Below are positions 13,935 to 27,519 of a DNA stretch of 64,000 nt, one piece after another. Numbering within the stretch: the first letter of the stretch is position 1; each line of letters begins with the position of its first letter. The stretch is from NCBI RefSeq assembly GCF_006345805.1, contig NC_042999.1:86242001-86306000 (forward strand), read 5' to 3'. The position numbers and the translations under genes were made by a program. Origin of the DNA: Octopus sinensis. Taxonomy: Eukaryota. A model generated the notes under the pieces. That model made no database searches. It saw only the letters and a list, made by a program, of their open reading frames with translations, and was not told where the DNA came from.

Positions 13935-15010
13935 GCGCACCTGAAACTTCGAAACAATGCCACATGGATTTAGTGGAAGACACTCCATCGACCGAGAACG
14001 TTAACTGGACGATGAAATATTGATTTAATCAGATGGGTCTGCAATACTGTCTCGACTACTTGTGAATGTCAAAAAGCAGACCAGAGTATAAAGTAGCTCA
14101 AAATACCTTGCAGAATTTGATAAAGTGCAAAGATTTGTGTCAAAAAAAGGGAAACTGTCATATTATTTTTCTTCGAAGATAGTTCATTTAACTATTTGGG
14201 GGGTTGATCTTTGGGGGGCGAAGATCAGCTACGAGTTATTTCCAAAACACTTTGTGGGGATTCAGGTTCGAGTAAATTATTCAACTTTATTTTCAGTATC
14301 AGCGACTCTCTTTTAATCCCCTTATTTATACTTAAACCTCAAATATATCACACACACACATGCACATATAAATACATACTCAAACACACGCACACAAATT
14401 TAGATATATGTATATGCTTAAGTGTAATATATGTGTATATACACACACATACACACACACACACACATATATATATATATGTATGTATACATATATATAT
14501 GTGTATGTCTGTGTGTGTGTATGCACATGTGTGCATGTGTGACCATCGGTGTGTATAAGGGAGCATTTATGTATCAGGTAACTAATATATAACCCATAAT
14601 TAGATGACATGAGTTTCATTAAAGTTCACTATACTTAACATTTTCAAAGACATGCATATTTTGTCTACAGTATATTCCCTGGAGTACGATACTATTGAGG
14701 TCACTTCGTTCGGAATAACTGAGAAGATGATGTCGCTGACTTGTAATATTTGAAGATTTCTACAACCAATAAATAATTCAGGAGAATTCCACCTTTAGCA
14801 ATTCTTATTTGTGTGTTTTTCTTTTTAAATTTCATGTGGCGACTTTTATGTTTTATAACTGGGTCTGTATACATATGTATGTATGCACATAAGTGTACGC
14901 ACACACACACACAAACACGCAAAAACACACATATGCATATATGTACATATATATATATATATAATATATAATATATATATATATACATACATTCATTCTT
15001 GTATACACAC

Positions 15011-15064
<54 letters not shown>

Positions 15065-15149
15065 TATATATACATTCATATAAATATATGTATATTGATA
15101 TATCTGTAAACACACACACATATATATACATACATGTATATACACATAT

Positions 15150-15560
15150 AGGAGTGGCTGTGTGGTAATAGGCTTGCTACCCAACTACATAGCTCCGGGT
15201 TAAATTCCACTGCGTGTCACCTTTGGCAGCTGTCTTGTACAATAGCCGCGGGCCGAGCAAAGCCTTCTGAGTGGATTTCGGTAGCCGGAAACTGAAAGAA
15301 ACTCGTCGCATATGTATATATATATATATATGTGTATGTGTGTGTGTGTGTGTGTATTTGTGTGTCTGTGTTTGTACCCGACCATTGCCTGACAACCGAT
15401 GTTGGTGTGTTTACGTCCTCGTAACTTAGCAGTTCGGCAAAAGAGAAGGATACAATAAGTACTCGGCGTACAAAGAAAATGTCCGGGGATCGGTTTCATC
15501 GACTAAAAGCGGTGCTCCAGCATGGTCGCAGTCAAAGGACAAACAAATAGAAGAATAAAA
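15150..15560 (+). mobile_element. SINE family 2, near full-length
   Basis: GGAGTGGCTGTGTGGTAA head, B-box-like GGGTTAAATTCC, internal (TG)n, and tail GCGGTGCTCCAGCATGGTCGCAGTCAAA. Confidence 0.9.
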
Positions 15561-15736
15561 GAATATTTATACACACGTGTATGTATATATATATATATAT
15601 ACATACATATATATACATATATATATATATACATAGATATATATATACTTATATATATATATATATAATCTTACCTATATACTTATATACATACATATTT
15701 ACATACAGACATACATATATAGATACACACACACAC

Positions 15737-15803
<67 letters not shown>

Positions 15804-15817
15804 ACATATATACATAC

Positions 15818-16180
15818 GTATGGTGGTTGTCTACTCCTTATACAGAGTTTGACCACCTTCTGTACCTACACTTTAGCACCATCATGGCATTTGATGTGGC
15901 TCTTTAGACAATGTTCTGAAAGACACCCGCATAGATTGCACCTCTGATTTGAACCACCAATACCTACATTTAATTTCTGCTCTTTGTGGATCTTAACATG
16001 TCTTTTGAGGCCTCCGTTGGATTTGCAAACTTTCTGGCATACACTGCATTCAAAGATGTGCACAGACATCTAGTCAGAATAGTTGGTGGAGGTTCGTTTT
16101 CTATGCATTCGCAGATAAGATTTGAGGCCAGCCAAAGACAGTGATGGGCTGTCACAGACTGTGCACACAAAAAGGACATA
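15818..16180 (-). mobile_element. 3' fragment of a probable RTE-type LINE carrying three C2H2 zinc fingers
   Basis: Minus strand encodes FVCTVCDSPSLSLAGLKSYLRMH, FECSVCQKVCKSNGGLKRHVKIH and [20 protein letters not shown] (disrupted), then a short tail running into a microsatellite. Confidence 0.6.
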
Positions 16181-16189
16181 CAAAAAAGG

Positions 16190-16430
16190 ACGTGTGTGTG
16201 TGTGTGGTGTGTGTGTGTGTGTATGTTTGTGTGTCTGTATTTGTCCTTCCAACATCGTTGTACAACGGACCCTGGTGTGTTTACGACCCTGTAACTTAGC
16301 GGTTCGGCAAAAGTAACTGTTAGGATAAGTACTATGCTTACAAAGAATAAGTCCTGGGGTGGATTTGCTCGACTAAAGGTGGTGCTCCAGCAAGGCCATA
16401 GTCAAATGACTGAAACAAGTAAAAGAATAT
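16190..16430 (+). mobile_element. SINE family 2, 3' half
   Basis: GTAACTTAGCGGTTCGGCAAAAG...GTCAAATGACTGAAACAAGTAAAAG. Confidence 0.85.
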
Positions 16431-16465
16431 ATATATATGTATATATATACATACACACAAATATA

Positions 16466-16523
<58 letters not shown>

Positions 16524-17529
16524 CATATATATATATGTATATATATACATACATATATATATATATACAACAAACATACACATAGATATACATACAGACA
16601 TATATAAATATGCATGCATGTATATACATATATATATATATGTACACATATATACACATATATATACATATATGTATTTACATATATACACATATATACA
16701 TACATGCATATATATATACATACAGTGTGGAGGAGAGAGAAAATACGTGAGTGGTAGAAAGAGGGAAGATACGGAGTAAGTCGAGAAAGAAGGAGAGGAA
16801 ATTAGTTTCCCCTGTTCTGTTTGCAAACCTACGATTTACAATTGTCACTAACATTATTCAAGTCACACAGAAATTTTCTAAAACAAAATTTACCAAGAAC
16901 AAATGGAATGTGGTAGACGCTAAGCATTTAGAACAGAAAATCGAAAGAAAGTTTTTCAAACACAACCGATTTACTTCACTGCTAAACAGGTGCTCTCTTG
17001 AAAGTTACCAAATACAATTGTCGTTTTCTAAAGTTTCAGGTGTTATTCATCAGTAACAAATGTTTGATTTTGATATGCTGTTCAATTTGAATATAACAAG
17101 GTTGACGTAGTACACGTATATTTATACATAGACACTTAACCATACATGCATATATAGATACTCATAGACATACACACATATTACGTTTTACGTTGGTGTT
17201 ATTTCTTTCAGCCATTGCTTAAAGAATATACGTAGCCTAGTGATTAGAGTATTAAGCTTGCTATCATAAAGCCGTGGGTTCGATTGTGGGTGGTGTGTTC
17301 CCGAGCAACTTACTTCATTTTATGTTGCTCCGAGCTGAAATGAGTACAAGCCATGTGCCGTTCCAAACCTCCATCTCGCTAGTTGTCATATTCTCTGTTC
17401 TGCTATGCCGAAGGGCCGTGAAGATGCCTATACCTGCTCGCAACTCGATCAGCACAAAAACCAATTTGCAAAATCACGATGCATGCAAAAATCATGTTCG
17501 TTTAAGCGTGACATCTTTTTTTTTAATCT

Positions 17530-17910
17530 TTTACTTGTTTCAGTCATTAGACTGCGGCCATTATGGGGCACCACCTTGAAAACTTTTAGTCGAATGAATC
17601 AACTCCAGTACATCTTTTAAAGTCTGGTACTTATTCTATCGATCTTTCATGCCGAACCGCTAAGTCACGAGAATGTAAATACTAATAGCCGTTGTCACGC
17701 GGTGGTGGGGGTACAAACACAGGCATAAATACACAAACACACACACACACACATATACGACAGGAGTCTTTCAGTTTTTGTTTATCAATTCCACTCAAAA
17801 GGCTTTGGTTGGCCCGGGGCTATAGTAGAAGACACTTGTCCAAGGTACCACTGTGGGACTGAACCCGAAATGATGTGGTTGGGAAGCAAGCTTCTTACCA
17901 TATAGCCATG
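17530..17910 (-). mobile_element. SINE family 2 copy
   Basis: Reverse complement of the family 2 sequence, including head and tail. Confidence 0.85.
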
Positions 17911-19844
17911 AGTATTTCTTCTGTTGACCTGGCTATAACAGAATCAACTCTCTTATAACAATACACACAAACACGCATTTATACAAACATGCACACACAT
18001 ACATTATTGTCATTTACGTATTCACGACGATGTGATTAGCAATCAAGTAAAACCTCTTTCTTTTGTAGTCATTTGTGCTTCACTGGTTCAGTATTCATCT
18101 CGTTTCCATTGTGGTAATTACATGAGCAACAACCACCACCACCGCCACCAAAAAGACTCCAACCGTTACAGACAACTGCTTCTGCAGGCGAAAGTGAACT
18201 CAGAAATGCGAACCAGTGAATTACTCTTTACTGTAGCATCACTGTTTACAACGATAAATGATAACACCCTGTCGCACCTAGTTAGAACTAAGTGAACTCG
18301 TGCGTTGAATGGCAAATGTCTTCATAGCGGACATAACGAAGTACATGTGACAGGATACACATTACCAGCCGCTGAAATGTTTGTTCAATACGCTAAAAAT
18401 TCGATAATTTATACATTCTAGGTCTACAACATAATTTATATAATGCATATTTGCGTGCTGGAGTCAAGCATTGCATCTTACCCTTTCTCTCAAATTAGAT
18501 ATGCCTATCTGCTTTAAGTGAACTTTTAAAATCCACCACGCCTTCACGAATTTCATTGGTAGGTTGTCTGCTACTTATCTATGAATAGTTTCGAACTTCT
18601 ACTAATGCTTATCAGAGAAAGTCATCCCATCTTGCAGCTGAGAATGCTAATGTAAACAAGATTAAACATTATACCTTCGTAAACATCAATGTGAGAGTGT
18701 ACAAGAACAAGATACAAACAAGGTTTGAACAAACTGTTGTTTGCTGCGTGTTAGTGTTTTCTGTGTAAGATTGGTTTTACAATAGTATATTTAATATTAT
18801 TCATAATAAAATTCATTGAATCTGTCTACGCACACACATACACACACACACACACATACACACATCTATATACATTTGCATAGAAATATGTGTGTATGTA
18901 TAACAATATCGTTTGGCTACTTAAATGATCTAAATTACTTGGTGTGGAATTATTGGTGGTTTAAAAGATGTAGGGCAACAGTGTCCATAAATAAAAGTGT
19001 AGTTAACTTCCTGTATACTCTTTGAAAGCTATTTATTTTTTTAAGAATTTGTTCAGCAAAATCATAGAGCAACATCATGGCTTAATCATGCGTTACTACA
19101 CTGCTTGTTCAATGTTGCAATGGAGAAATCTATCCAGACGTCTTTTGTTTAGGTTGAACATGTGTATATATGTATACCTACACACACACATTAGTATAAT
19201 GTGTGCACATTAGTATAAATAAGCTTATATGCATGTATGTACATACATATATATGTATACATGTATGTACGTATCCTTTCTAGCTAGCCAGAAATGTGTT
19301 GTCAGCTTAAACTACCAGACATTTTGATATAAATAAAGGTCAATTTCCATTGTTCTGTAGTATAAGCTGAGGTTTTCCAGTAGACTGTAAGTCATAAGTT
19401 GTAAGAAGGAATATTAAATCTCTAGTTATTCAACTGCTTCTAAACGAATGTCACTGGTAATTATGTCACTGCAATGAACGACCTTTGCATTGTACTTAAT
19501 CCCTGCTCTAACCCCATAATATACATATATCTAATTATGTATAAGGCTCAATGGTGACTGACTTGGGGGTGAATGCTTTATAAAATAGTTGAATCAATTG
19601 TGCAGATCTATTGATTAATGTCTTTTCATCATGAAAAAACAACAACAAACAAGATCGAGCAACTGATTCTATTATAATATTCCCCCTTAAAAAAAAAAAA
19701 AACCCGAAAATAGCTAATAACTATCCCAGTTGTTAGAAAAAGAACGTTTATATATTTCGTTATATTTTTGCACACAATGTTTGGCTTTTAAAAATCGTTG
19801 GTAGGATAATTCCGTCGATTTGAGGTTTGTTGGTAAGAATTGTT

Positions 19845-20160
19845 TCTATTTTGGCACAACATCAGCAATTTTGTGGGGAGTGGGGAAATGGATTAGATCT
19901 ATCCCGATACTCAGCTGGTTCTTATTCTATCGATCTCGAAAAAATGAAGGGCAAAGTCGACTTCGGCGGCAATTGAACTCAGAACGTAAAGAGTCGAAAG
20001 AAATGCCGCTTATTATTTTGTCCGGCACAGTAACGATTCTGCCAGCTCACGTTCTTTAGTTTCAAACTTTGGCGCAAGCCCATCAGTTTTAGAGGGGGGA
20101 AATGATCGATTACATCGACCTTAGTGTTCGACTGGTATGCATTTTATCGACAACAAATAG
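19845..20160 (-). mobile_element. SINE family 1 copies (decayed)
   Basis: GGCAAAGTCGACTTCGGCGGCAATTGAACTCAGAACGTAAAG...TTCTGCCAGCTC. Confidence 0.75.
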
Positions 20161-21224
20161 ATCAAAGAAGTTTTTTTTTGTAAGAATATAAAAAAAAAAT
20201 GATTATAAGTATATTGTTATATTTCGGGGTTGTCATTTCCTTTTTCTTTTTGCCAATAAACACACGCACTGTTTATTTTATCTTCACTTTAGCTTTATTA
20301 TCACAATTCTTTCGTCGCACATTCAGTGACTCTGTGTTACTCGTGTCTCTACTCCTCTCAGGCCTTGTCCTGTTAATGCCATTTTGTCTTTCTGATTATA
20401 AGCATATTTATCACAGTGATCCTGTTGATATTTGGAATGCTAAATACTTTTGCAATCTTAGTCAGAATATTTAACGAATGTTCACTAGAAACTTAAAGTG
20501 ATTGGAAATCAGTAAGAATGGTTGTTACGGTCAGTACTAATAAAAGACATTAATAATTGTTATGATTTATATTCGAAGAAGAACAAACATTGAGAGAGTT
20601 GTTGCTTGAGTGATGTTTGAGGTGATAAATGAAGAGAGTGGCTGTTTATGATTGTTCTTTGAAGAAAAGACAAATGTATATGATCTCTTAGAGTTCATCA
20701 GAGTTCTTCTTAAGCATCATTGTTGATCAAGAGATACCTGTTGACAGTACCAATAAACACTCAGTAGTGACGATGATGATGATGATGATGATGATGTTGG
20801 TTGTGGATTTTGACATAGGCATGGACCACAAATGATGCAGGGAACCAAATCGACCTCATGAGTCAGTTGGTGTATATTCTATTCAGCTCAGTTGAGCACT
20901 GGAGTCGATATTATCGATTTATCCCCTTCCCCCGAAATTGCTAGCCTTGTGCAAAAACTTGAAACCAATATTTATTAACATTTTTAGTCGAATAAATAGA
21001 AATCAGTGTACCAGTCATTCTATATTTGACCAACTCTTGAGTGATGAAAAGGTAAGGATGAAGTCAAGGAATCTAAAATCCGATGTAGGGGGATGAGTTT
21101 AAATATAGTGACTTCTGTTTTTGCCGCTCAATTCATATCAATTTAATAATAATAATAATAATATAATAATAATAATATAATAATAATAATAATGATAATA
21201 ATAATAATAGTAATAATAATAATC

Positions 21225-21756
21225 CATTCTAGTGGATCTCAAATTTGGGTGAAGGGAATAAGTCGATTACATCGACTCCAGTACGCAACTGGCACTTAAT
21301 TTATCGATCCCGAAAGGATGAAAGGCAAAGTTGACTTCAGCAGAATTTGAACTCAGAACGTAAAGACAGACGAAATACCCATTTCTTTACTGCCCACAAG
21401 GGGCTACACACTGAGGGGACGAACAAGGACAGACAAACGGATTAAGTCGATTATATCGACCCCAGTGCGTAACTGGTACTTATTTAATCGACCCCGAAAG
21501 GATGAAAGGCAGAACGTAGCGGCAGACGAAATACCTATTTCTTTATTCCCCACAAGGGGATAAACACAGGGGGAACAAACAAGGACAGATAAATGGATTA
21601 AGTCGATTACATCGACCCCAGTCCGTAACTGGTACTTAATTTACCGACCCCGAAAGGATGAAAGGCAAATTCGACCTCGGCGGAATTTGAACGACAGACG
21701 AAATACGGCTACGCATTTCGCCCGGCGTGCTAAAGGTTCTGCCAGCTCGCCGCCTT
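21225..21756 (-). mobile_element. SINE family 1 trimer (head-body-tailA-body-tailA-body-tailB)
   Basis: One head at 21715-21756 and three bodies. Tail A (minus strand GCCCCTTGTGGGCAGTAAAGAAAT) at ~21381-21445 and ~21538-21600 is joined each time to GGTATTTCGTCTG. Confidence 0.85.
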
Positions 21757-21945
21757 AATAATAATAATGATAATAATAATCTCACAGAAATAATAATCTG
21801 CAAATCTCACAGAAAATCACGGTTTCCCTGACTACTTAGGCAAGGGCTTCCTCTCTCTCTTACTCTACTCAGAAGCGCATGCTCAGAGCGGGCCGGTTCA
21901 CATGAATCCTGCTCGCCACTCTTATCCACCTTTCAATAAATATAT

Positions 21946-22267
21946 TGATCACGAGCAGAAGTAGTGGGAGAGCATCATAGCCATGTGTTGAAAGGAATTC
22001 TTTGGAGTTTAGATGATTCACCTTTGGAAAGATGGGCGTTTCGTTCAACATCCTTAAACAACCCTTATTCAGGGACCTTTTGAATGGAATGGGCTTTTCG
22101 ACCTGAAGAGAATTCTAACTAGGCCCCATCTACAATGCGATGCGCTGTTATTTCGCGCATATATGGTTGTAATGCATGTGCCTGGTGTAACCTTAACTGA
22201 TGGGTATACTGGGCTTCGTATGTTTTACCCCAGTGTCACTTTGATGGCATGCACTGCTCTCTCACTC
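21946..22267 (+). mobile_element. Truncated copy of a (TAA)n-associated non-coding repeat
   Basis: Matches the right-hand ~60% of 22318-22872 and ends CTCTCTCACTC followed by (AAT)n. Confidence 0.8.
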
Positions 22268-22317
<50 letters not shown>

Positions 22318-22872
22318 GTGCCCTGATGCAGTACCAGGCAGTGGCTCTCATGGCTTCTGATCTTAACTGATTGGAAGTGTTATCATGTACATTGTTTTGT
22401 CTTGGTATAAAAGATGGGCTACAGCAAATATTCTGCTCAATACCACAGATTTGCTTGTCAGTTGTTTGACATTAACCAGTTGAGCATGTCCCTTAGTGGC
22501 TGACGATATGTGCATCTCTGATCACGAGCAGAAGTAGTGGGGGAGCATCATAGCCATGTGTTGAGAGGGATTCTTTGGGGTTTGAATAGTTCACCTCTGG
22601 AAACATGGGTGGTTCTTTCAACATCCTTAAACAACCCTTATTCAGGGACCGTTTGAGCGGGATGGGCTACTCAACCTGAAGAAAATTCTAACTGGGCCCC
22701 ACCTGCAAGGTCATGTGCTGTTATCTTGATATGAGATCACCATGTCGCGCACATATGGTTGTGATGCATGTGCCTGGTGTACCTTTATCAGACGGGTAGT
22801 CACGATGGGTATATTGGGCTTCGTATATTTTACCCCAGTGTCACTTTGATGGCATGAACTGCTCTCTCACTC
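22318..22872 (+). mobile_element. ~555-bp non-coding repeat embedded in (TAA)n, probable non-autonomous partner of a Dong/R4 element
   Basis: Flanked on both sides by (AAT)n. A second, one-side-truncated copy is adjacent. No recognisable ORF. Confidence 0.6.
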
Positions 22873-22909
<37 letters not shown>

Positions 22910-22910
<1 letters not shown>

Positions 22911-23543
22911 AAAAGTCGCCACGATAGGGTAGGACAGTATTTACATTTGAAAATATGTAAACACTGCAAAATCAACACTCCTGCTTACTTGTATGAACAT
23001 CATCCTGAACCAGTCGTTGAACTTGGAATTTTCCAGTCAATACCGACAGAACAATCCAGGTTAATCGACCAGACATGGTCCTTAAAATCAGGGAAGAAAA
23101 TACTTGTAAACTAATAAATGTAAGTGCTCCCACCGAAAAAAATATATCTGTTGAGGAATTTGACAAATTAAATAAATATATGGACCTGGAAATTGAAATA
23201 CAAAAGCTGTGGCATCTTAAAACCATAACTGTTCCTGTTATTGTGGGTGCACTTAGTATGATAAGAAAGAGATGTCAAAAGCATCTAGATAATATACCAT
23301 GAGAACCATGTCTCACAGAAATCCAAAAGATTGTGTTGACAAGTACTGTCCTCATCCTTAGAAAAACCCTATCCATTTGAATGTCTGTGTTGCATTACAT
23401 GAAGATATTTCGCTACTGCTCCTGCCACTTCTCTCTCCTCCCCAAGCTTTCAGTCATACTCTAACATCTCTTATTCTTCACCTGTCCTAGGACGCTGAGT
23501 GTTTCTCGGCAAGAGATTGTAACAAACATGAAGATTAAAAGTA
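22910..23543 (+). mobile_element. R4/Dong-clade non-LTR retrotransposon 3' fragment (restriction-like endonuclease), disrupted
   Basis: Translates RHDRVGQYLHLKICKH...YEHHPEPVVE...DRTIQVNRPDMV...KYMDLEIEIQKLWHLKTITVPVIVGALSMI. Flanked by (TAA)n. Confidence 0.85.
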
Positions 23544-23585
<42 letters not shown>

Positions 23586-23587
<2 letters not shown>

Positions 23588-24163
23588 ATGCACAGGAACA
23601 GGAAGATAGATGCAAATAGGCCAGACATCATATTGAAAGACTTCAAACAAAGAACATGCCTCCTCATTGATATGACTGTCCCAATCGATATAAACGTATC
23701 TGTCAGGACCTACCAAAAACTGAGCAAATATAAAGATCTTGAAATAGAAATCAGCAAAATGTGGAAGCTGAAGACTAAAACAATACCTGTTGTCATAGGT
23801 GCCCTGGGAATGATAGCAAAAGGGGCTGATAGCTACCTAACTCAGATACCAGGAAACCCAAAAATGGCAGAAGTTCAAAAGATAGTGCTCATGGGAACTG
23901 CTCATATCCTACGCAAAATACTCTCTATGTAACCTCAAGGTTTAAAACAACCATAATTTTCGGTTTAAAAAAAAACAAAAAAACAAAAACAAAAAAAAAA
24001 ACTTTTTTTTTGTAGACATTCATTAGTACAACATCCCCACCCCCAAATATATGGCACACTAGGCATAACAACAACATGCACTTCCAACCCTGTTGTCTCT
24101 TGAGGTCTCTGGGTGAGACTTGGAGCCAACTTGTACAAATATAAAGCAAAAGTCAAACATAGA
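23586..24163 (+). mobile_element. R4/Dong-clade 3' fragment (PD-(D/E)xK endonuclease C-terminus plus 3' UTR)
   Basis: ORF 23588-23932 reads NRPDIILKD...LLIDMTVP...KLSKYKDLEIEISKMWKLKTKTIPVVIGALG...GTAHILRKILSM. 5'-truncated and bounded by (TAA)n. Confidence 0.9.
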
Positions 24164-24209
24164 ATAATAATAATAATAATAACAACAATAACAATAATAA
24201 ATAATTAAT

Positions 24210-24580
24210 AGAAGGAATATATCCACAGTCATAACAATGCAACAGTGTATCTGCACTAGAAAATACGCAGGAGTTGCAAGATACGCAGGAGTTGCAAGTC
24301 TGAAAAGTCACTGACAAATTGACCAGTTACAAAAGCCTAAAGACCAAAATCAGAAGGATGTCAGATATGAAGTCTGAAACAATACCAGTACATTTCAGAA
24401 CTCTAGGACAAATGAAAAAAGGCATGGAAATTTTCATCAACTTATGCGAACATTATGCTCCCAAACACCGTTCTACTGGATATATACGATATACTACTGT
24501 CATTCGAGAAACATGTTTCCTATAGCACTCCAAGGCCTTGCTTGGACTCGGTTCCAGAACAGGTAAACTAAGAACAAAAG
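24210..24580 (+). mobile_element. Third, more decayed Dong-like 3' fragment
   Basis: KLTSYKSLKTKIRRMSDMKSETIPV is homologous to KLSKYKDLEIEISKMWKLKTKTIPV. Confidence 0.65.
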
Positions 24581-24589
24581 GAATAATAT

Positions 24590-25400
24590 TGGTAACTCTC
24601 TTTAGTAAAGGGATAAAGTCAGCTACATCATAACCCATATTCAACTAGTGATATATTTTATCGACCTCGGAGAATGAAAAGCCAAAGTAACTTCAAGGGA
24701 TTTGAACTCAATATATAAAGAGTTGTAACGTTCTGTCTAGTTATAAAAATTCTACCAATGTTCTGCCATGCTAAATACTATAATAGTTTCTAATACATGC
24801 ACAGGAACAGAAGTTTGGAAGGAGTATGCTACACGATTAAATCTGCTCCAATACTTGACTGGTAACTTATTTCATTGATACCATACAGATAAAATGCACA
24901 GTTGATCTCGGCGAGATTCGAAATCAAAACGTAGAGTGAGAAGAAAGAATGCAATATATTTTATTCAACGCCTTAACACTTCAGTCAATCCATTGTCCCC
25001 AAATAACCATTTCTGTTATGGTTACAGGAGGTAAAATTTAGGGTAATGAGTGGGTTAGTGACTTACATTGAATCCAATATTCGTCAGGTACTTTAATTAT
25101 CGACTTCGGAAAGATAAGACGCAAAGTTAATACCAGCAAGATTAGAAGTCAGATCGTAAAATGACGTAATCAAAGCTAGTTCTAACAATAATAATGGTTT
25201 CAGATTTTGGTACAAGGACAAGTTCAGGGAGGGGTAAGTTGATTACATTGATCCCATGCTCAACTGGTACTTATTTTGTCGACCCCCAAAAGAATGAAAG
25301 GCAAAGTCGACCTCGGAGGAATTCGAACTCAGAACGTAAAGACGGACGAAATGCTGCTAAGCATTTTGCTCGTCGGGTAACGATTCTACCAGCTCGCCAT
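24590..25400 (-). mobile_element. Run of decayed SINE family 1 copies
   Basis: Recurrent ACTGGTACTTATTTT...GAAAGGCAAAGTCGACCTCGG...GAACTCAGAACGTAAAG motifs. The best copy is 25195-25400. Confidence 0.75.
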
Positions 25401-27519
25401 TGTCAGCTCTAACAAATTTCAATATATTTGATATGATATTACTAATCAATAAATGTATATTTTTAACTGATCAGGGTGATCGTTACCAGAAGTGGTGGAG
25501 CGCCCGCCTCCTAGGTTTTTGCAGTATTTAGTTCCCATCCTATATGTTCCCAGTTCAATTTCAGCTATCAATTACGATAAAATAAGTTCCAGGCAAATAC
25601 TTTGATAGCTGTGATCAACTGTAACACCGAATCTCTTTCATTCGAAATTTCTGGTTGTATTTATCTTAGAAACCAATATTTTCAATTGTACAGCAAGCCA
25701 GTAGAATATGATGTAAAATCTCAGCGACATAGGACCGCGTCGCAGCTTTCATTTCAAAGCTGAAGTCATTTTGCTCCATTTACGCTAGTAATGTTTTTGA
25801 AGTGGTCATGAATGTATTATGTTTCACATAACACAATAATTTTCTATCTTGTTAAAATAAACCAATATTTGTTGCTCGATCCAGTTCTGTTCAACATACC
25901 ATGAATATATCTATAAAGCTGTCAGTAAAGAAACGTAAATAGATAAACATAATGTAGTAAGTATAATGTACGAAGAAATCATTGTGAGGAATAGACTATT
26001 AAAGTATCGATGGCTTTTAGATGATGTTATACATGAGTGCACACGATGAATAATGAAACTGCTCTATATATTCCTATCAGCTAAATATATGTAGTATATA
26101 CGATATTATATTGATATCGCCGTTAATCGATACAGCTGCATTGCTTTTTAATATATGTAGTCTATACTCTTGTACTTTATATGTTAGATATTAATATCAC
26201 ATTAATGTGTTTCTATCAGTTATTGGTAATCATTTCTGTTATTTAGTTAAGAATTCAGGAAAACTATGCTAAAGGGGTCATTACTAATGAGAGTAGAAAA
26301 ATAATATATTTTTACACAATAAAATAAAAGCCTTTCAAGAGAGCATGTTTAATATGATAATATATCATAGAACTGAAGCTAATTGTATCAAACCTGTCCA
26401 GAGGAATTTTTAAGTTGCATTCAACAAGTTTGAAATCGAAATCACTGCATATCTACCATTATGCAAATATCACATACATCCAAAGCGCACTCATACGTAT
26501 ATGTTAATCACTTGATGGGTACTTACAAACATACAAACACATAAAGACATATATACATACATATACATTGCATACACGCACGCACACATAATCATGTATT
26601 GAGTTCCAATTATCCCGTTTTTGTCACCTTCTGACACCGACATACACCCATACATACATACTTACGCACTTATGTATGTATGCACGCATACATATGTACG
26701 TACGTATGTATGTATGTATGCAAGCATACATATGTACGTACGTATGTGTGTATATATGTGCATGGGTTTGCATATTGCGTAAAAATCATACATAAAGACA
26801 ATGAACATCACCTGAATGAACAATCATTTAAGTAGAGTAATAATTTTTTGGGTTTTGAAACATTCCTTGTATACACACACACACACACCACACACACACA
26901 CACACACACCTATATATACATAAATATGTGTCTGTGTAAGTCTGTGTGCGTGCCTGTGTGTATGCTGTGTGTGCATTCGAACGCGCAGGCACACACATGT
27001 ATAAAATATGCCGTCAGTGTCGACGACATAAAATCCAATTTTTCTATCAACTGAACTGCTTACTTATTGTATTATAATGTAAGTGGTTAAGTATCGTAGA
27101 GACACGTGTATGCTTAATGTAATTTTGAGGCTGAACCAGTGACAGCGTGTGGCAAAGTCGATCCTTTCAATTGCAGGTACAAACAAATTACAGTATAGGG
27201 CCAAACTGTTGTGAGACACCCAGATATAACATCACATCTGATTCAACTGAGTATTGTCAAAAATAATGCAAATATCAGTAGCGATGAATAGTGCTCTTAA
27301 TACTGTATCCTAATTCACCAGGTCTACTAACTATTATATATGTATATGGGATATGTGATAACATATCTAAGTTATGTAAATGTTTGTAGTCAAAATTTTC
27401 CCAATATCATTTTCAAGTTAAACTATTACAACCGTGCGTAATTCGTACGTTTTCCCGTAAGTCGCAAAGTATCTTAGAAATAATTTTATAATTGATTAAA
27501 TCGTCAACGTCTGCTTTAA

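Noticed and set aside
15866-16179. Host C2H2 zinc-finger gene
   Set aside because: Disrupted frame, no TGEKP linkers or evident splice sites, and a retroposon-like tail; treated as a TE fragment.
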